DNA from: Octopus bimaculoides
Lineage: Eukaryota
Direction of reading: 5' to 3'
NCBI RefSeq assembly: GCF_001194135.2
Contig: NC_068999.1
Location: 18,252,244 to 18,290,031 of the forward strand
DNA: 37,788 nucleotides
Shown here: positions 11,688-21,426 of the stretch, in pieces
How positions within the stretch are numbered: the stretch's first letter is position 1
How the letters are laid out: each line of letters starts with the position of its first letter
Made by a program: the position numbers and the translations under genes
The notes under the pieces: generated by a model
The model's database searches: none
What the model saw: only the letters and a program-made list of their open reading frames with translations
What the model was told of the DNA's origin: nothing

Positions 11688-11929
11688 GAGCTTTCTTATT
11701 ATTTTGCTATCGCCAATTAAGATCTGTAGAAAAGTGTACAAAATCTCAAGATATGTTTGTCTGAATAAAGTTGTTGATTCAGATATTTATTTCTTCATGC
11801 TGGTTTCTCTTGTTGAATGCAAGCATCACAATTTCATTGCTTTTCATGCTGTTGAATATATAAATACCTATAAACGAATTATAGAAATAAATTGTTTCCT
11901 TTATTCTATCGTTCTCACAAAACATCATA

Positions 11930-11963
<34 letters not shown>

Positions 11964-11970
11964 TCTCTCA
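11930..11970. repeat. (CT)n microsatellite
   Basis: Direct. Confidence 0.95.
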
Positions 11971-12322
11971 CTCTACCATTTTATGTACTCGATATATCAT
12001 TTCATTTTCCTTTATCTCTCAGTGCTCCAAAATATGCATTGTCATAGCAAAGAAAATATTCTATAAGACACAAGACAAGATTTCATGTCAAACGTGTATG
12101 GATAATGATATTAGACTCAGAATCATAAACGCTTTAATTCTCGAAGCTGTAGAGTAAAAGAAGCGAATTAACATTTCGCAAGAGGCAAAGTAAAATAGCT
12201 GCATGTAATCACAAAAATTAAGAGACACAAACACATTGATTGATAAACAAACATTTATGGGAACTGAGGAGTCGTACACAGACACACATACATGCAAACA
12301 CTCATATATGTGTGTGTATATA

Positions 12323-12422
12323 NNNNNNNNNNNNNNNNNNNNNNNNNNNNNNNNNNNNNNNNNNNNNNNNNNNNNNNNNNNNNNNNNNNNNNNNNNNNNN
12401 NNNNNNNNNNNNNNNNNNNNNN
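12323..12422. other. Assembly gap (N run)
   Basis: 100 N. Confidence 1.
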
Positions 12423-12848
12423 TATATATATATATATATTCAAGTATACATGCTCATATAGACAGATATAGAGTCACAGACATACCACATCTACCTAACA
12501 CACATACACATCCACGCACGTACATCGTGAAATTTCTCTACACACATAAGCATATATACTCATATATATGTGCAAATGGGAAGCTTTGTACCTCTTCAAT
12601 CCGGAGTAAATTGTTGAAACCCTGAGGAGAAACAATACCTTGTTGGTTAAATTTCGAAATTACGTGACAGGGTTTTATCAAACTACTTCATTTTGAGAGA
12701 TTATCTCTCTGGAAAATGATGTAGTGGCTTGCTGCTCGCAGTCTTTGAATATCTCATGAGTTCGGTGATTTTGTGTGGCTATTCGGGTGATATATTTTAC
12801 GTTTTATTTCTTGGAATTGCAGATCGTATTTCTACCTTCTTTTATATG

Positions 12849-12887
<39 letters not shown>

Positions 12888-12920
12888 ACCGTACACACAC
12901 ACACACACACGTATATATAT

Positions 12921-13262
12921 AGGCCGAATTCACAAAAAAAAAACATAAGACGAAGATAGGTGGTGTAGAAAACAAACAGACGTATTAGTATGTTAAACAT
13001 TGCTTGTTTTCACTTTTTCGATATCAGTGAAGAATTTCACTGGAAAAATATACATAAGGTTGCCAAGAATTTATACCTCTCATCAAAGGTCGGAAGCTAT
13101 CGGACGCTGACGAAGGGAAATAACCCTGAAACCCGGGTCCGTTCGTGCTACGATCAAGATGAGAGGGGTAACTTCCCTTGGCAAAACAAACAGGACACAG
13201 TAGTGTGTCGATAAGCCAGCTGGAAGAGATGCCCTCCTGGGGCTAAAGCAACAGTAACATCC
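12921..13262. mobile_element. Short non-coding element between (CA)n/(TA)n tracts carrying a hammerhead ribozyme (Penelope-like or retrozyme-like)
   Basis: It has sharp borders with microsatellite on both sides. Its left 55 bp (aaaaaacataagacgaagataggtggtgtagaaaacaaaca) recurs at 15633-15677, and it contains the ribozyme described below. Confidence 0.6.
13101..13145 (+). ncRNA. Minimal type I hammerhead ribozyme
   Basis: Helix I CGGACG(13101-13106)/CGTTCG(13140-13145); core CTGACGA (13107-13113); helix II AGGG-aaataa-CCCT; GAA; loopless palindromic helix III ACCCGGGT (13131-13138); GUC cleavage triplet with C17 at 13139. All invariant core nucleotides are present. Confidence 0.88.
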
Positions 13263-14077
13263 ACACACACACACATATAACGATATATATTTATACATAT
13301 ATATATACAAATACGTACAAATATGTACATACGTACATACATACACATGCTAAAATATTAAGGCAAATGGGAACATATTTGAATTAACGTAAGACACAGC
13401 TTGTATTTGCAAAAGAGTGGTTAAAATATAAATATTTGTACTATTATTTGCAAATACGAAATGTATTTCCTTCCTAAGGATACTTTTCCCATATTGACTG
13501 AGTAAACGTTGAAAGCCCTATAACTTTTATTAAGAAGACGCCCATTCAACTGGATTTGTCTAGCACTAGACGGGAATATGCTGTGCCAACACTATTTCTA
13601 CCTCACCTATTGTTATACTAAGCGTAATGTATCATAAGTCGGTAGGTCTACGCTCAACTGGAAAATATCAGTTAAAAGGATAGATCTAACGTATAACAGA
13701 AGCGCTGTATTTTTTTTTTTAATATCGTAATCAAAGTCACACACAGATTTATATTCCTTGAAATCCTAACTTTTTTTCAAGTGAAATATATTTAAATACC
13801 TACCTTTATATATCTCAGCGCAAAGGGTGTATTACTTACTAAGTATAAATTTGTCATAGGAAAAAAATACCTACAAGAACTTGCGGAAAAAGGTTGTTCA
13901 TGTCATCTAATTATCGAATATCGCCGGCGATTAATAGTGGAATGACAGCTACCAATCTGAATCTTCGAAGACAATTCAACCATACGTATTTTGCAACAAT
14001 AAAGACTTTTTCGTCATCATTCAAGTTAAAGCATATATGTTATATTAAGTTAGAAGATGCCCGCTATAAATACATAA

Positions 14078-14134
14078 TCACACACACATACACACCCACA
14101 TACACACACACATACACACACACGCACACATACA

Positions 14135-14192
<58 letters not shown>

Positions 14193-14210
14193 CATATATA
14201 TATATGAAAC
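14078..14210. repeat. (CA)n/(TA)n microsatellite
   Basis: Direct. Confidence 0.95.
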
Positions 14211-14342
14211 ATGTATAATATATAAATATATAATGTTCACATATATATACATTGTGTGTGCGCGTATATATAATATGTGAAAATAAATATCTAAGCAAAT
14301 CTACCGTCGCACTGGAATCGCGCAAATAATAACAATTAAAAG

Positions 14343-14381
14343 AATAATAATAATAATAATAATAATGCTAATAATAATAAT
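14343..14381. repeat. (TAA)n tract
   Basis: Direct. Confidence 0.95.
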
Positions 14382-14728
14382 AGAGTCAAAATTAAAAGAA
14401 GAGTGCCATTTGTTATCTAGTGAACGATATTTCGACATCTCGTGTGACTTCAACTGGTTCAAAAAATAAATTTGTCAATCTACTTTATTTTGGTTAATAT
14501 AGAAAGGATTGGCACTCTTCTTTTAATTTTGACTCTATATCTTCAGGAGGAGTTACCTCAATCCTTTCTATATTAACCAAAATGAAGTAGATTGACAAAT
14601 TTATTTTTTGAACCAGTTGAAGACACACGAGATGTCGAAATATCGTTCACTAGATAACAAATGGCACTCTTCTTTTAATTTTGACTCTATATCTTCAGGA
14701 GGAGTTACCTCAATCCTTTCTATATTAA
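14380..14728. repeat. 132 bp inverted repeat plus 66 bp direct repeat (152 bp period); Penelope pseudo-LTR-like arrangement
   Basis: 14380-14511 is the reverse complement of 14559-14690 with 2 mismatches. 14511-14576 equals 14663-14728. Confidence 0.92.
14609..14649 (+). ncRNA. Hammerhead-like motif with variant core (mirror copy on the minus strand at 14421-14461)
   Basis: Helix I TGAAC/GTTCA, core CAGTTGA+A instead of CTGANGA, helix II GACA-cacgaga-TGTC, GAA, palindromic helix III ATAT, AUC triplet. Topology is correct but two core positions deviate. Confidence 0.45.
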
Positions 14729-14748
14729 TAATAATAATAATAGTAATA

Positions 14749-14813
<65 letters not shown>
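14727..14813. repeat. (TAA)n tract
   Basis: Direct. Confidence 0.97.
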
Positions 14814-14815
<2 letters not shown>

Positions 14816-14823
14816 ATCATCAG

Positions 14824-15530
14824 AGCAGAGGAATAATGACACTCCATTAGAACAGAAGAAAACAACACAGCATGGTAGGTAAAAAAAATGTCACAGAACA
14901 CAGAAAAGAATGCATGGTCAACTTCATAAGGATGTTGAATATAAGGCAGACAGAGACAATAAGATGGCTGTGGATGACTAAGTGTGATTTAAAAGCTTTA
15001 ACCTGTGCTGCCCAAGTGCAAGCACTAAGAAGAAACTACATAAAATACAGAATAAACAACAGAGAATGTGATAAGTGCAGAATCTGTGGACAAAAGGGTG
15101 ATACCGTATTGCAGAGCGAAACGTTAGTAGGACCATCGATCTGGAGGCGTCGTCGAAAATAGAAATGCAAAGATCCTATGGGATTTTATGATTCAGAGCC
15201 AACATGAGATAGAGAATAGGAATGCGGACATAATTTTAACTGAGAAATGAAACAAACTATGCTGGGTCATAAACAGCATTCCCAGCTAAGAAGTTATGCG
15301 ATAAGGAAGAAATAAGAGTCGAGATATATGACAGGTTAGCTTGGGAAGTGAAGCAGTTGTGGTCGAGGAAAAAGGTAGCAGTAGTACCAATAATTGTGGG
15401 AGCCCTGGGGGGAGTGAACAAAAATCTTGAGAAGTACGTGGAACACATAGGGGCTGCAATGAGGGTGGAGCACATGCAGAAAACTGCACTAATTCGAACC
15501 AATCGAATACTCCAGAAGGAGCTCGAAAAT
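14824..15530 (+). mobile_element. R4/Dong-clade non-LTR retrotransposon 3' fragment 1 (zinc knuckle and restriction-like endonuclease)
   Basis: Manual translation across frameshifts gives RMHGQLHKD...WLWMTKCDLK..ALTCAAQVQALRRNYIKYRI...KCRICGQKGDTV, VVENRNAKILWDFMIQ...NADIILTEK*NKLCWVI, and KQLWSRKKVAVVPIIVGALG...MQKTALIRTNRILQKEL, all hallmark R4-clade C-terminal motifs. Confidence 0.88.
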
Positions 15531-15632
15531 ATTATATTGTACTTGATATACCATAATAAATATATTTAGTGTTATAATATCTCATTGTATGTATATATAT
15601 ATATATATATAGTGGAGGGGGGGGTGTAATTG

Positions 15633-15677
15633 ACAAAAAAAACAAAAGACGAAGACAGGTGGTGTAGAAAACAAACA
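15633..15677. repeat. Second copy of the left end of the 12921-13262 element
   Basis: acaaaaaaaacaaaagacgaagacaggtggtgtagaaaacaaaca versus acaaaaaaaaaacataagacgaagataggtggtgtagaaaacaaaca at ~12932-12978. Confidence 0.85.
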
Positions 15678-15683
15678 TATATT

Positions 15684-17455
15684 ATAAAATGTTTGATAAA
15701 AAATTTAAATCATGTCACATACATGGATGAGTTAAAGCTCTTTGCAAAACTTACAAACAACTACAGGGCTTATTAGTGATTGTTAAACAATTCAGTGATA
15801 ACATCAGGATGCAATTCGGCCTCGATAAATGTGAAAAATCTACCTTTATCAAAGTAGAAAATGACAGAAAGATTTAACGATAAATTCGACCAGCAAAATG
15901 TCATAAATGATTTAGTACTAGCGACGAACTACAAACACCTAAAGGCATTTGAAGGGGACAGAATCAAATATTCAGTGATGAGGGAAAGGATCAGAAGAGA
16001 ATGTTATCGCAGGGTAAGAGCAATATTCACGAGAGAGCTGGATGCAAGAAACAGGATCGAAGAAATTAATAATTTAGTCATACCAGTCGTGACTTACAGT
16101 TACAATATCATTAACTGCTCAGTTACTGAAATATGTAATCTTGACAGAAAAATATGAAAATGGTTGAGAATGCATAGAATGCACCGCCCAAAGGCAGATA
16201 TAGAACGACTTTATCTGCGAAGAAAAGAGGGAAGTCGTGAAATTTTACAACTGGAATTAACAATGAAGATTGCCCCAATTGGCCTAGACACGTACCTGAA
16301 AAAGCTCTGGGGACTGGATGTTAAAACTTCTCTCAAATCATAAAAAAAGAAAGCATCATACTCAGAAACAAAACAGGCAGAGGATTATATAAATGAATTC
16401 CATATACAAGTAATTCCAGAATTAAACGTACTAGAAACAAGCACCGAAAAAGTTAAGCGTATGAAAACCCGTGCTAAAACGGCTGCTTTAGATAATCTTA
16501 CTGATAAATGGGAAGGAAACCTGTCAATGGCAAATACCCAAAGAGAGCTAGTAATGCCGATGTTTACAAAGACTTTACCAATCAATGGTTAATGGCTTCC
16601 GGCTGAAGATCAGAAACGGAAGGGTTTATCATACCAGCCAAAGATCAATACCTACCTACAAGAAACTACCAAGCCAATGTATTACACAACGGCAGCTACA
16701 CAACGTGTCGTGTATATTAAGATAATGAAACCATTAACCTTGATCTCTGCATGTGCAGTCTTCTTGCCCCTACAAAGTATCACAAGGAGTATGATAGAAC
16801 TGGGCAATATAGTCACTGGGTAATTTGCAAAAGCCTGGACTTGTCCCATGATAAAAACTCGTGGGAGCACAAACCACTTCCAGTGCTTGAAAATAATCAC
16901 ATCTCACACCTCGGCAACTTCACAATTTAAACTGACAGAAAGATGCAAATAGGCCAGGCATTATATTGAAAGACTTCAGACAAAAATCATGCCGCCTCAT
17001 TGATACGACTGTCCCAATCGATATAAATATATCAGTCAAGACCTAACACAAACTGACCAAGTATAAAGATCTAGAAATAGAAATTGGCAAAATGTGGAAC
17101 ATGAAGACTAAAACACATGACCTGTTATCATATGTGCCTCAGGAATGATAGCTAAATGGGCTGATTCTTACATGGTTCAGATATCAGGAAACCCCAAAAT
17201 GGCAGAAATTCAAAAGATAGTGCTCATGTGAACTGCCCATGTCTTCCGTAAAATATTGTCTATGTAATCTCAAATTTTAAAACACATTCTTAATTTTATG
17301 TCTTCTTAAACATTCTCTAGAACAACACTATGTAGAAAACCAAATAAATGACACTCTAGGCGTAACACTAACATGGACTTCTAAGGTTTTGTCTCTGGAG
17401 GTCTATGGGTGAGACTTGGATCCAACTTGTACAAATAGAAAGCAGGAGTCAAACG

Positions 17456-17458
<3 letters not shown>
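15684..17458 (+). mobile_element. R4/Dong-clade non-LTR retrotransposon fragment 2 (RT C-half, zinc knuckle, RLE, 3' UTR), 5'-truncated pseudogene
   Basis: NHVTYMDELKLFAK (YMDD motif, 15720-15731), QFSDNIRMQFGLDKC, RECYRRVRAI...IPVVTYSY...LDRKI, RLYLRRKEG, QWLMASG*RSETEGFIIPAKDQYLPTRNY, ANRPGIILKD...LIDTTVP...KYKDLEIEIGKMW, IQKIVLM*TAHVFRKILSM* ending at 17267. About 190 bp of 3' UTR follows, then (TAA)n. Confidence 0.92.
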
Positions 17459-17516
<58 letters not shown>

Positions 17517-17592
17517 GTAATAATAATAATGATAATGATGATGATGATGATGATGATGATGATAATAACAATAACAATAATAATGATAATAA
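17459..17592. repeat. Compound (TAA)n-(TGA)n-(CAA/TAA) microsatellite
   Basis: Direct; it produces the poly-N/D and poly-Y/H ORFs. Confidence 0.97.
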
Positions 17593-18149
17593 CGAAACGT
17601 CTCCCTGGGCGCCTTAGTGCTAACTATATTGTAGACAATGAGATGATCATACCATAATATACATACCTTCAAGTTAAGTTCATTACACGGGTTAGAATTG
17701 CAGAAATATCTTTTGAAAAGAGATGTAGGAAATCCTCAGATTAAAGTATATTATTGTGCACGTATTCTATGCAGCAATTGCCCAGATCATGCAGGGTGGT
17801 TGTACAACTAATGAATAATGCTACAACATTAATAGAAATAGGACAAGTTTACTCGCCTTGGAAAGAATAATGCTTTCCCAATTTGTTGTGGTCTGTTCAT
17901 TCTGGAAAAATTAGAATATGGAAGATGGTCAATGAGTGTCTCTAAATTAGTAGATCTATTGAAAGGAAATCAATTTTTCTATATATACGAATAGCAGTAT
18001 TTCCTTTTAAGGTGATAAGAACATAGAAAGACACATTGGAAAATGTGTAATGCATTACGAAAAACGTCATTAAAGGAAGAGCAATCGATAAGAGAAACTT
18101 CAAATTTCAAGAGAAGTCTCCATTCAAAGATAAAACAAACAATAACATG

Positions 18150-18680
18150 GAGATACTGGTTGACAAGCAGCAATATATTACAGAACATAAAGTTAACAAA
18201 GGAGAACATTGAATGATTTTTGGTAGCACAAGAACAAATCTCACTGTCAGCTGGTTGAAGAGCTCGATTGAATCATATAATTTCACTGCTACCTGCAGAA
18301 TATGTAATGATTCACACGAGACTGCATTGCATATTTTATGAGAATATCAACAGTTGTGTGATGTGCATGGAACAAACGTAGGCGTCATAGATTGATGCGT
18401 CTATATATCGAACTGTTGGCAAGAAATTTGGTTTTGCATGCAGAGAAACTATCTATGACTATGTTGTGGGAATATAAAAAGTAAGACCTCGAAAACGATT
18501 GGATGTCGTAGTTCTGGGTTTTTCCTATAAAATATAAATACAGAAAAAAGCAAACCGAAGCGGATATTCTTGTCGTCGATAAGAAAATGGCACTACATAA
18601 AGTACTGGACAAAGGAATCACATTGAACACCAGAGCAAAAATAAAAATAAAATTTAATAGGCGAGGAATATGTAAGTGAG
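18150..18680 (+). mobile_element. R4-clade non-LTR retrotransposon fragment 3, older and more decayed (may extend left to ~17750)
   Basis: WLTSSN...FLVAQEQ, TCRICNDSHETALHIL (CCHC knuckle start, ~18290-18340) and ADILVVDKK (PD..D endonuclease motif), in the same order as in fragments 1 and 2. Confidence 0.65.
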
Positions 18681-20727
18681 GAAGACTCGATTGCATCATT
18701 GTATGTGTAGCAAAAATAATCCGTCCATTAGGCAGCTAGTAGGTGTTTTCATGAGAAAAAGTTCTAGAATATTTTCATAATATTCCTTCTGAAATCTATT
18801 CGTTCGTGAACTATTCAATGGTCGATGAAGAAGTGATGTATGAATCTAAGGAAATAGCTGATTGTTGGCATTTGGGTCTTTTGTTGCTTTCGAATTTCTG
18901 TTGCTACTAGCATCACACCTTTCTGTGATACAAAAGCCAGGTAGTGTGGAGAAATATTTATTGTTTGCTCATTCTCTTAATGATGTTATTTTGCACCTAT
19001 TTCATGTTGCTTCTATTGCACTTTTTGTTGTAGTCGCTGCTCTTATCTTAACTGTTAATGATGATGTTATCAGGAATTAGAAGCTGATATACGCTGTCAT
19101 TTTCAATTGCTATTTAATGGAGAATGTCTTTAAGAAATCGATGCTTCCACAATTGTTCCATCTCTAACCATCCCTGATGACCATCTGCATATTATAAGCA
19201 TATTGGGATCTTTTCGAAGTCAAGAATCTTATCCGTTGTCTCAGATTCACCTGAAACCGTTCTCTTTGTCACACTATGTATCCGGTGTTCCTTACAAAAC
19301 CTTCCACACTTATTAAAAATGTAGTTCCGAAGGTATATTTCCAATATGTATTCTAATTCCTCTATCGCACGAGCAAATTTGTATCCGCTTGATTCCTCAC
19401 TCATACGGATATATGTGTACCAAGGTATGTGAGTAAGCATTCATTGCATGCAAATGATTTTGCTGGAACTCTTGATGGTGTCAATGTCAACACAGATGCT
19501 TTTGAAATACAACTCATCCAGATGTAGTATGCCCGCCCCGTTTTGCATCTGAAACTATAAGCATACATGTTTTCTAGCAGACGTTGTTCAGCCAAGGCAT
19601 GTCATTTTGCTTTAATTACTTATTGATATGTTTATTAGGTAGAACTGAACCTAAATGTTTGCCACAACTGCAAACATTGCCCGTCAGGTGGGCATGTTGC
19701 ATTTTATTCGCTATTTTTCTAGTTGTTTGTTTACTACTGATAGTTTTGTAAATGTTATTGCCTACTGCTAAACATAACATTGTGGTGCTGCATGATGAAA
19801 TGTGATGAAGGTGAATATAGAGTCATCTTCGAAATTCCTTTCCCCATTTATCTGGTGTTCGTAGGGAGGAAAGGATGACAGTGTGGAAAATCGGAAGCTC
19901 ATACTATGTGGAATGAACAAGGATTTGGAATGACCGTTTCCTTACATTCTTAGACAGTTTATTGATAACATGAATCAGAAAATAAAATGAATGCAAGACT
20001 CTGCGAAAGTAAAACAAGAAAATACTTACAGTAAAAATAGCGTTAATAAACACAACATTGAATATTATGGTATCTTATCATGGCAAAAAAGCAGTAATTT
20101 TGAGGCAAATGGATACTCGATATATTAGATAAAGGTATTTCGCCGTTGTTTTCATTTATCGAATACGAAATAGGGTGATATTTGACGTCAGTCTGTAAAG
20201 GGCAGTAAGAAGAAATAATATACATAATTTTCTGTATTCTTTTGGTGCATGACATGGTTATCTTTCCTGGAGGAAGGAAAGAAAAATCGTCTACGGCGTG
20301 ATTTGAATATAAGATATATAAAGATGCAATCCAATTCAAATCACAACAGAATCCTCCTCTTAAGTACGAAATAACTCGGCTATGGAAAATGAAGGTGAGG
20401 TTAGTGCCAATCATAGTTTTGTCCCTGGGGACAATCAGAAGGAATCAAGAAGAGCATAATGGAAACCAGATAGAGTGCCCAGTAGAAATATTACGGGTGT
20501 TTTGCCTTTTTGGCACGGCCAGAATTATCAGGTTAGTCTTAGATAGTTGAAAAAAACAAATGGCATGGCTATGATTACACGACTCCAGACGTTACAGCAA
20601 TAAGACAAAAATAATTAATCATGATGATAAAGACAGTCAAATTGCTGTTAAGCATTTTCTGTTTGCGGAAGAGATTCTGCCAGCTCGAAGCATTCATACT
20701 AAAACAAAAACAACAACAATAATAATA

Positions 20728-20918
20728 ATGGCTTCATATTTTGGCACAAGGTCAGCAATTTGTGGGGAGGAGTAATTCGATTACATCGACTGCAGTGTTC
20801 AATTGATCTTATTTTATCAACTCGGAAATTGTTAAAGGCGGAATTTGAACTCAGAACGTAGAGGGCGAGGGAATTATTCTAAGCATTTCGCTGGTGTGAT
20901 AACGACGAAGCCTTCTTA
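20728..20918 (-). mobile_element. SINE family 2 copy within a TAA/CAA-rich tract
   Basis: ttttggcacaaggtcagcaatt...cgattacatcgac...ttattttatcaactcggaa...ggcggaatttgaactcagaacgta...ctaagcatttcg is homologous to 1271-1485. Confidence 0.7.
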
Positions 20919-21385
20919 ATAATGATAATAATAATACTAGTTCAACTAATATATTTTTTTTCCTTTCAAAGTCCATACAGTATACAGTAGTTCACTTTCC
21001 ATTGTTGACATTATTTCATTTGCACAAACACGTAACGTAAGATCCTACCACAATTGATGTATTAATTACCTATTTTGCTTCACAAGACTTTCCAATGTAT
21101 TGTGTAGTTTATCAGAGAATTGTTATATAATAGGTTAGATGTTTTTGAAGCGCGTCTATAGTTCTCTGACTATGGTATTATTAGTACAATGTTGATTCGC
21201 TTGGATCGCAGCCAAGCAGTGCTATTAGGATTCAATTATTGTCAAACAATGCGACTTTAGACGGGGTTAAATGGATAAAGTTAAGCGGTGAGATAGGGGC
21301 CATGAAGGACACATGAAATGTCTGAGTTCTTAAAAGCGTAATGACTCTCAGTAAGATAAATACTAGCACACATAATTACACACAC

Positions 21386-21416
<31 letters not shown>

Positions 21417-21426
21417 NNNNNNNNNN
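21417..21426. other. Assembly gap (10 N)
   Basis: N run. Confidence 1.

Noticed and set aside
11464-12066. 200 aa ORF with poly-Ile
   Set aside because: It is a translation of the (TTA)n and (CT)n microsatellites.
14380-14728. CRISPR-like or prokaryotic repeat interpretation of the repeated units
   Set aside because: The context is eukaryotic and there is no repeat-spacer array or cas gene; the structure is an inverted plus tandem duplication.
17593-17610. GAAACGTC right after the (TAA)n tract
   Set aside because: Only the 3' half-motif of a hammerhead is present, with no core or stems; also weak at 15118.
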